Below are positions 17,843 through 24,221 of a stretch of DNA of 26,894 bases, one piece after another. Source of the stretch: a virus. Lineage: Duplodnaviria > Heunggongvirae > Uroviricota > Caudoviricetes. The stretch covers positions 64,001 through 90,894 of IMG/VR virus record IMGVR_UViG_3300035507_000297; one strand, 5' to 3'. The notes under the pieces are model-generated. The model had not been told where the DNA came from. It saw only the letters and a program-made list of their open reading frames with translations, and searched no databases. How positions within the stretch are numbered: the first letter of the stretch is position 1; each line of letters begins with the position of its first letter. A program made the position numbers and the translations under genes.

Positions 17843-20135
17843 TAATCATCCGACTTTTTCATATATTTCGGCAACGGGTATAAGTGTTGTGTATAATGAT
17901 ACAATGTATACTGTTAGTGATTTTAGTACGGAGAAAAAATTTATATATTGGAATGAAGAAACTCCTAGTGTTTTTAGAAGTAGTAATACTAGACCAGATA
18001 CTTTTATTGGACAATATATAGTTTTAATTAATGAAAATGGAACGGCGGTTGAAGTTCCCAATAGTGATATTTCTGTATATTTTGATGGCAATAGTGTGCA
18101 ATCTATTATGGATAGAATATATGGAATTTATGATGTTAATGAAGGATATGGAAATAGGTTTGTTGCAGTTGAAACTAATATTGACGGAATAAAGGCTGTT
18201 ATTGGAAGTGAAGAAAATCCAGAAGAGGGAACTATTTTAAATAGGATTACTAAAGCAGAAATTAATATTGATGGTGTTAGTACGGAAGTTAAGAAACAAA
18301 CACAAATATATAATCAAGATAAGGAAGAAAGTCAACTTAGAGATGATTTGAATGGTACTATAATAGAACTTAATTCTTATTTAGGTATTTTTAAAGGTGA
18401 AATTAACGATTATTATAGGGATAATAAAATTAGTGATGATGAATATACAAGTATTAAGATTCAATTAGAAGAAATAAATAGTTGTAAAAAAACTTTAGAT
18501 AGTTTAGTTGATAAAGTTATTGAAATTGGAAATAAGAATGGACTTGGGACTAAAGTTACAAATGTTGAATCGGCTAAGAAGGGAATAGATAATGCGAATA
18601 CTTATTTGAGCAATACTATTACTAATGCTTGTATAGATAGAATCATTACTGAAAGTGAATTGACGGTTATTATAGATGCTTTTGGAAAATATACACTTAG
18701 AATTAGTGAATTAAAAAGTGCTTGTGATGATGTTATATTTTTAGGTATTGGTGGAGTTTTGATTGAGGAATTTTCAAAGATAGACCAAAGGGCAGATAGC
18801 ATTAGTCTTGAAGTTAGTAAAGTTGAAACTGATGTTAATAATAAGATTGATGAAAATTATGATGAGGTTAATCAGATAATTAAAGAAAATTATGCCGCAA
18901 TTAAAATGACAACGGATAGTATAACAAGTAAAGTTGAAAGTAATACACAAAATATTAGTAATAATGCTAATAATATTACTGCGGTTAAATCGGAAATAAA
19001 GCAGACGGCAGATAGCATTAGTCTTGAAGTTAGCAAGAAAGTTAATGCTAATGAAATAATATCTTATATTAACGCATCTCCTGAAACTATAACGATAAGT
19101 TCTTCTAGAATTAATATAAGTGGTTTTGTAACATTTAGTAATTTAATGGATGGGAGTACCGTTATTAGTGGTAATAATATTCTAACTGGAACGATTAATG
19201 CAGATAGACTTAAAAATATAGGCTCTATACAATTTACAGAAGGTGCAACTATAACGGGTACGCCAAGCGGACATGGTGGTGCGCCACTTTTAAAAATTGA
19301 TGCTTACGGTTTTGCTGCAAGAGATATTTATCCTGTAACAAATAATGATTGGTCGCTAGGTACAAGTGTATGGCATTATAAAAAACTATGGACTTATAAT
19401 GTATCATCTAATGGCTCATTATCTTTAAGTGGTTCTCCTATATATATAACCAGTCATGTTTATGCTAGTGGACAAACTGGTTCTAATAGAAAATTAGGTG
19501 CTTCAAATGGTAGTGGTTCAGGTACTTGGTCGAATGCCTTTTCACAAGTGGCAGCGATAACTGGACTTTTTCAAGCTGGGAAAGCTAATGATTGGATTTA
19601 TTGGTCTGATAAATCAGTTAAGGAGAATATAAGGAAAGTTCAAGGTAATATTTCTACATATAGTAATAATGATTTAGATATTATTCAGATAAATAATAAT
19701 ACTATTGATACTAGTAATGATGTGAGTCTGATGGATATGTTTGACTTTGTTAAAAATGATTTAGACTTGTATTTTTATAATTATAAGAGTGAAACTTTAG
19801 AGGAAATCGAAAATGTTTTATATGAAAGTAGATTAGCTGAAAAAGGCGAATTAGATGATGAAGATACAGAAGAAATAAAAGAGGGTGCATTAGAGTATTT
19901 TGAAATACAAAGTGAACGTTGCAGAAATAAAATCGGTATTATTGCACAATATATTGAAGATAATAAAGTAGGTAAAAATATTATTAGTAAAGATAGGGAA
20001 AATGGATTGTTAAATTATGATATAGGAAATTATACCCATGTATTGGCAGGGGCATTAAAAGAAGAAATAAGACGTAGAGAAGAATTAGAGGAACGTATTT
20101 CTTTAATTGAAGGAAGAGTATTCGGAGAAATATAG
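17829..20135 (+). CDS. Central tail fibre/spike with gp58-like repeats and a C-terminal S74 intramolecular chaperone
   Basis: 768 aa. Coiled coil, repeated ADSISLEVSK, S.I.....I.I.S.RINI segment, Gly/Ser-rich beta region, then SDKSVKENI (19605) matching the SD..LK.NI autocleavage motif, and ending IGIIAQ...YD...Y...L.GALKE. Confidence 0.78.
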   Translation: MSLYNNHPTFSYISATGISVVYNDTMYTVSDFSTEKKFIYWNEETPSVFRSSNTRPDTFIGQYIVLINENGTAVEVPNSDISVYFDGNSVQSIMDRIYGIYDVNEGYGNRFVAVETNIDGIKAVIGSEENPEEGTILNRITKAEINIDGVSTEVKKQTQIYNQDKEESQLRDDLNGTIIELNSYLGIFKGEINDYYRDNKISDDEYTSIKIQLEEINSCKKTLDSLVDKVIEIGNKNGLGTKVTNVESAKKGIDNANTYLSNTITNACIDRIITESELTVIIDAFGKYTLRISELKSACDDVIFLGIGGVLIEEFSKIDQRADSISLEVSKVETDVNNKIDENYDEVNQIIKENYAAIKMTTDSITSKVESNTQNISNNANNITAVKSEIKQTADSISLEVSKKVNANEIISYINASPETITISSSRINISGFVTFSNLMDGSTVISGNNILTGTINADRLKNIGSIQFTEGATITGTPSGHGGAPLLKIDAYGFAARDIYPVTNNDWSLGTSVWHYKKLWTYNVSSNGSLSLSGSPIYITSHVYASGQTGSNRKLGASNGSGSGTWSNAFSQVAAITGLFQAGKANDWIYWSDKSVKENIRKVQGNISTYSNNDLDIIQINNNTIDTSNDVSLMDMFDFVKNDLDLYFYNYKSETLEEIENVLYESRLAEKGELDDEDTEEIKEGALEYFEIQSERCRNKIGIIAQYIEDNKVGKNIISKDRENGLLNYDIGNYTHVLAGALKEEIRRREELEERISLIEGRVFGEI

Positions 20136-20166
20136 GTTAATAAATAAATTTTGTAAGTGTGATTGA

Positions 20167-20189
20167 TGAGCCTTTTGGCTTATTTTTTT
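20167..20189 (+). terminator. Terminator after the central fibre gene
   Basis: TGAGCC-TTTT-GGCTTA followed by TTTTTTT. Confidence 0.7.
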
Positions 20190-20225
20190 ATTGAATAAAT
20201 TTTAAATGTGATATAGGAGATTATT

Positions 20226-20381
20226 ATGGAAGTGGATGCTAAAGTATTATATGAATGTGCATTAATGGAGTTATTAGAAGTTGAGAAAAAGATGCTTGAA
20301 TATAAAGCGTTATTTGTAGAATGTCATAAAGAATTAATGGAGATTAAGGAAAAGTTGAATAAAGAAGATAATGAGAAATAG
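20226..20381 (+). CDS. 51-aa coiled-coil protein (not in the ORF track)
   Basis: RBS TAGGAG. MEVDAKVIYECALMELLEVEKKMLEYKALFVECHKELMEIKEKLNKEDNEK*. Fills the gap before the BppU-like gene. Confidence 0.7.
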   Translation: MEVDAKVLYECALMELLEVEKKMLEYKALFVECHKELMEIKEKLNKEDNEK

Positions 20382-20391
20382 GGTGGTTTAA

Positions 20392-21609
20392 ATGCCTAGA
20401 AAAATTATTAGCCTAGAATTAGATTTTATGGTTAAAAATATTTGTCAAAGGTTTAATGTAAAACAATTTGATAATATTGAACTTAATATAATCCCTCTTA
20501 TGAATGATGATACATTTGATGTTAGTGGAATGAAGGCTAGAATATATGTTGGAATTGGCGAGAAAGTTTTCATGCAGGAAGAAGACATTACTGTAAGTAG
20601 TGAATGTATTAATGTTCTTTTAAATAGAGGAATTTTGTATAAAGAAAGTCGTGCTTATGCAGAAGTTGAATTAACAGATAAAGATGGACTTATATCATCT
20701 TCAAGTTTTATTTTTAATGTTGGAGAGAGAATCGGAGAAGGCATTATAACAAATGAAGAATATACTACAATGATTGAGAGGTATGAGAAATTAATTGCAC
20801 AATTTAAACAAGATGTTGAAGATACTATTAATTATTGTAAAGAGGAAGTTAGAGAAACTATTGAACAATGCAAGGAAGATATTCAGGAAACTATTGAACA
20901 ATGTAAGGAAGATATTCAGGAAACTATTGAACAATGTAAGGAAGATATTCAGGAAACTATTGAATATTGCAAAGAAGAAGTTAAGAATAATATTGAAGAT
21001 ATGAAAAGTAATGTCAATGAATTTATATCGGAAAGTGAGAAAAAGATTGATGCTAATATAGATAGTATGAATCAGAAAGTTTCTGATAAATTAAATGAAG
21101 TTGACGATAAGATGGATGTTATTCAATTAGAATTTGATGAAATTAAAAATGAATTTAAAGACCAGACTAAGATTTTTGAAGATACGTTAGTCGAAGTTAA
21201 TCAAGTCAAGGAAGATACGTTAAAGGTAAAAGAAGATACTCTAACTGTTAAAGTTGATACGTTAAAGGTAAAAGAAGATACTTTGGCGGTTAAAGCAGAT
21301 ACGGAAAAAGTTAAAGAGGAAACGGAAGAAGTTAGGAAAAATACTGAACAAGTTCGTGTTGATACATTAAAAGTAAAAGAAGATACTTTGGTGGTTAAGG
21401 AAGATACAGAAAATGTTCGAGTGGAGATGGATAAAGCAAAGGATAGTGCTATTGAAAAAATTGCCGAGGTAGAAATTAGAATGCAGCATATAGAAGATAA
21501 TTTTGATAGTTTGGTTGATGGAACTGGATATGTAACTAAAGATTATGTAGATGGTTTAGTTGGTATGGCTAGTGATAGGATTGAACTTATCAGAAGTGGT
21601 GTGTTTTAA
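20392..21609 (+). CDS. BppU-like upper baseplate/fibre-carrier protein with a long repeat coiled coil
   Basis: N-terminal ~120 aa (VKQFDN..L.I......FD.SG......AEVEL.D..G.ISSSSF.F.V) resemble the BppU N-terminal domain. Followed by 11-aa and 7-aa repeats. Confidence 0.7.
   Translation: MPRKIISLELDFMVKNICQRFNVKQFDNIELNIIPLMNDDTFDVSGMKARIYVGIGEKVFMQEEDITVSSECINVLLNRGILYKESRAYAEVELTDKDGLISSSSFIFNVGERIGEGIITNEEYTTMIERYEKLIAQFKQDVEDTINYCKEEVRETIEQCKEDIQETIEQCKEDIQETIEQCKEDIQETIEYCKEEVKNNIEDMKSNVNEFISESEKKIDANIDSMNQKVSDKLNEVDDKMDVIQLEFDEIKNEFKDQTKIFEDTLVEVNQVKEDTLKVKEDTLTVKVDTLKVKEDTLAVKADTEKVKEETEEVRKNTEQVRVDTLKVKEDTLVVKEDTENVRVEMDKAKDSAIEKIAEVEIRMQHIEDNFDSLVDGTGYVTKDYVDGLVGMASDRIELIRSGVF
20821..20985 (+). 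repeat. Five tandem 33-bp units (11-aa repeat ETIEQCKEDIQ)
   Basis: Units start at 20821, 20854, 20887, 20920 and 20953. The inner copies are nearly identical (GAAACTATTGAACAATGYAAGGAAGATATTCAG). Confidence 0.95.
21208..21417 (+). repeat. Ten 21-bp units (7-aa repeat, consensus KEDTLKV)
   Basis: KEDTLKV KEDTLTV KVDTLKV KEDTLAV KADTEKV KEETEEV RKNTEQV RVDTLKV KEDTLVV KEDTENV. Confidence 0.9.
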
Positions 21610-21610
21610 T

Positions 21611-21681
21611 ATTATATAAATTTTAATTATATAAATTTTAACTGTATTTTTTTAAAAATATATTAAAAAAAACTGTATTTT
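21611..21681. promoter_or_regulatory. Repeat-rich AT spacer before the holin; possible regulatory region
   Basis: ATTATATAAATTTTA twice in tandem (21611-21640) and AACTGTATTTT twice (21640-21650, 21671-21681). Function is inferred only. Confidence 0.35.
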
Positions 21682-21702
21682 AAAATGAAAGGGGTGATTT
21701 TT

Positions 21703-22071
21703 ATGGATATGACTTCTATTGATGTGGCATCTATTAATGTATTTTTAAAGATATTCTTTTTTGCAATAATTGGTGATTTTGTTACAGGAATTGTTAGTGC
21801 GGCAAAGAGGGGGAAGTTAAAGAGCAGGGAATGTTCAGATGGTATTTTTAGAAGTATCGGAGAATGTGTTGTGCTTTTTTCTTTTTTAGTGGTGGATTAT
21901 TTCTTTAGCGGAATTGATACGATTCTTACAACTTTTATTGTGGCGTTTATATTTAAAGAAGTGTTATCAATTATTGAGAATTTAATTGAAATTGATGTAT
22001 GGATTCCTGATACTTTAAAGAAGATGTTTGAAGTTGGAATTGAAAGTATGAATAAGGGTGATAGTAAATGA
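21703..22071 (+). CDS. Holin (Phage_holin_4_1/Cph1-like family)
   Basis: ATG 21703 after AAAGGGGTG. Hydrophobic segments with DFVTGIVSA...LKS....GIF...EVLSIIENL....IP. Overlaps the endolysin start. Confidence 0.85.
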   Translation: MDMTSIDVASINVFLKIFFFAIIGDFVTGIVSAAKRGKLKSRECSDGIFRSIGECVVLFSFLVVDYFFSGIDTILTTFIVAFIFKEVLSIIENLIEIDVWIPDTLKKMFEVGIESMNKGDSK

Positions 22072-22736
22072 ATATTGAAGTTAAGTTATTAGATGTAAAC
22101 AAATATTCAAGACCAGGAACAAAGAGAAGTAAAACTACAAAAATTGCATGGCATTATGTTGGTAATGCTGGAAGTAGTGCATTGGCTAATAGAAATTATT
22201 TTAATAATGCACCAAGTCATAAGACTTATGCAAGTTCTCATTATATAGTAGGTCTTAAAGGTGAGATAATTCAATGTGTTCCTGATGATGAAATTGCGTA
22301 TACTACAAATTCTGCAAATAGTTATAGTATAGGAATTGAAGTATGTCACCCAGATAGCACAGGTAAATTTAATGAAGTTACTGAAAGGGCATTAATTGAA
22401 CTTACGGCAATGCTTTGTGAGAAATATGGGTTAAATTCAAAAGATATTATAAGACATTATGATGTTACAAAGAAAAAATGTCCGTTATATTATGTAAATA
22501 ATGTGAGTGCTTATGAAAATGCTAGAAATGAAGTGCAAAAAATTTTAGATGGGGTTGATGATATGGAAGTTCAACAATTAAAGATTAAGATTAATGGACA
22601 GTATTACGAGGTAGAGGGGCTACTTGTTGATGATAGAAATTATATTAAAGTGCGTGACCTTGAGAAGGCAGGATTTAAAATTGATAATGAAGGAAGTATT
22701 GCAGTAGTTGAAAGCCCTTGTTGTTGTGGGAAATAG
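22068..22736 (+). CDS. Endolysin, N-acetylmuramoyl-L-alanine amidase (Amidase_2) with a short C-terminal domain
   Basis: WHYVGN, ASSHYIVG..GEIIQCVP, SIGIEVCH and IIRHYDVTKKKCP supply the His/His/Cys zinc ligands. Directly after the holin. Confidence 0.9.
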   Translation: MNIEVKLLDVNKYSRPGTKRSKTTKIAWHYVGNAGSSALANRNYFNNAPSHKTYASSHYIVGLKGEIIQCVPDDEIAYTTNSANSYSIGIEVCHPDSTGKFNEVTERALIELTAMLCEKYGLNSKDIIRHYDVTKKKCPLYYVNNVSAYENARNEVQKILDGVDDMEVQQLKIKINGQYYEVEGLLVDDRNYIKVRDLEKAGFKIDNEGSIAVVESPCCCGK

Positions 22737-22768
22737 ATTATATAAAAAAATGTGAGGAATGATTTTTT

Positions 22769-23149
22769 ATGAAAATTTGTTATACTTTTATCCCACCAGG
22801 TGGTAATTATCCTACACTAAAAAATAATACAAGTAGTAATAGTGGTAATCATAAACATGATGAATATTTGACTAAGGAAGAATTTGAAAAAATTAAAGAT
22901 GAACTACAAGGTGTGGTTGGTGCAAGTGGTAGAGAGATAGAGTTACAAAAAGGTGAGGACTATATTCAATGGCGTTATGTAGGAGAAGAAGAATGGACTA
23001 ATCTTATAGCGATTGAAGAGATTACAGCGGATGGAACAACTGTAAAAGAAGTTATAACTATTAAAAGTGAGATTGAACAATTACAGGATAAATTAGAGTC
23101 AACATATATTGAATGGGAAGATGGCTTATTTAGATTATCTAGGGAGTAA
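22769..23149 (+). CDS. Small fibre-related protein
   Basis: RBS GAGGA, 126 aa. Contains HKHDEYLTK and GREIELQKGEDYIQWRYVGEEEWTNLIAI, a motif I recall from collagen-like phage fibre proteins. Confidence 0.55.
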   Translation: MKICYTFIPPGGNYPTLKNNTSSNSGNHKHDEYLTKEEFEKIKDELQGVVGASGREIELQKGEDYIQWRYVGEEEWTNLIAIEEITADGTTVKEVITIKSEIEQLQDKLESTYIEWEDGLFRLSRE

Positions 23150-23263
23150 GGATAATTTAATAAAATTATTTATAGAAATTAAATAGTGAAATTAAAAATT
23201 ACATTAATAATTAATTTGAAGTAAGGGTGGACTATATTAAAACTTTTGTGTTTTTCTATGGTC

Positions 23264-23287
23264 TATTTTTATAAATTTATAAAAATA
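23264..23287. repeat. Perfect 24-bp AT-only palindrome just upstream of an RBS
   Basis: TATTTTTATAAATTTATAAAAATA is its own reverse complement. Confidence 0.8.
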
Positions 23288-23302
23288 TTAGGGGGTTTTT
23301 CA

Positions 23303-24190
23303 ATGGCTGAAAATATAAGAAAAGCTAAGTACAGAATTAAAAATGAGCAAGGGGATTTTGAATTAGTTTATTTAGAAACTAGTGCAGACCAAGTTGAATG
23401 TGACGAAGAGAGAACTTTCGTATCTGAAAGTGAAAAGATGCAATTTAAGGAAAATACTGTGTATACAAATGATACGCCTACTGTTAATGCGTTAGGTGGA
23501 GTTGCAATAGGGACTACATTTGATAATATGCCAGTAAATGAAGTTTTAACTAAAATTTTATATCCATATATCAAACCAGGGGTATCTGCTAATACTGCAC
23601 CAAACAATGGGGGTACTTTTGAGAAGGGTGATGTAAAAACTGTTACTAAGATAAATGCAGTTGTTACTAAGATGTCTGAAAACATTACTAAAATAGAATA
23701 TTTTGATGGGTCTACTTCTTTAGGGGTTAAGGAGGGAGATACTATTGCAAAGGGTGGTACTTTTGGGCTTGATGTTAATATAGAGGTTAGTGCTAATAAG
23801 AATTTTTCTGTTCAAGTTACTGATGCGGCTGATAAAACTTATAGTGCAAGTACAGGTAGCTTTAGTTTTGTGTATCCATATTATATAGGCGTGTGTGCTG
23901 ATGGGGCTGAAATAAACGAAGCATTAGTAAAAGGTTTAACTAAGAAAGTTGAGGCTAAGGGTAGTAAGTCACAAGCATTTACTTGCGATTATCAAAGAAT
24001 GGTATTTGCATATCCAAAGGGTTATGGCGTGTTAGGAACAATATATGACCAAAATAACTTTAAAGTTACTGATACATTCAAGAAGTATGAGATAAATGTT
24101 ACTGGGCTTGATAATACTTCACAAGCGTATTATGTATATGTAAATGATGCGTCTACTGTAACTAATTTCACAATGAAATTTAACTATTAA
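23303..24190 (+). CDS. Putative virion fibre/adhesin protein (295 aa, beta-rich)
   Basis: ATG 23303 after AGGGGG. N-terminal K.YR.KN..GDF..VYLETSADQV module, YTN.TPT...LGG...GTTF....V..VL.KILYPY..P motif, and a Thr/Val-rich Ig-like and beta-sandwich C-terminus. Confidence 0.55.
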   Translation: MAENIRKAKYRIKNEQGDFELVYLETSADQVECDEERTFVSESEKMQFKENTVYTNDTPTVNALGGVAIGTTFDNMPVNEVLTKILYPYIKPGVSANTAPNNGGTFEKGDVKTVTKINAVVTKMSENITKIEYFDGSTSLGVKEGDTIAKGGTFGLDVNIEVSANKNFSVQVTDAADKTYSASTGSFSFVYPYYIGVCADGAEINEALVKGLTKKVEAKGSKSQAFTCDYQRMVFAYPKGYGVLGTIYDQNNFKVTDTFKKYEINVTGLDNTSQAYYVYVNDASTVTNFTMKFNY

Positions 24191-24221
24191 AATAGAGATA
24201 TTAATTTTAGGAGGATAAAAT

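Noticed and set aside
18791-19033. 27-bp exact repeat GGCAGATAGCATTAGTCTTGAAGTTAG (18791 and 19007) as a recombination or inversion site
   Set aside because: It is a direct, in-frame repeat explained by the ordinary gp58-like ADSISLEVS protein repeat.
20821-20985. 33-bp repeats as a CRISPR array
   Set aside because: The repeats are contiguous with no spacers, keep the frame inside a CDS, and no cas genes are present.
21685-21711. Holin dual-start motif (ATG GAT ATG)
   Set aside because: The extension would be Met-Asp rather than the basic Met-Lys of lambda-type antiholins, and the second ATG is 12 nt from the RBS. There is no other support.
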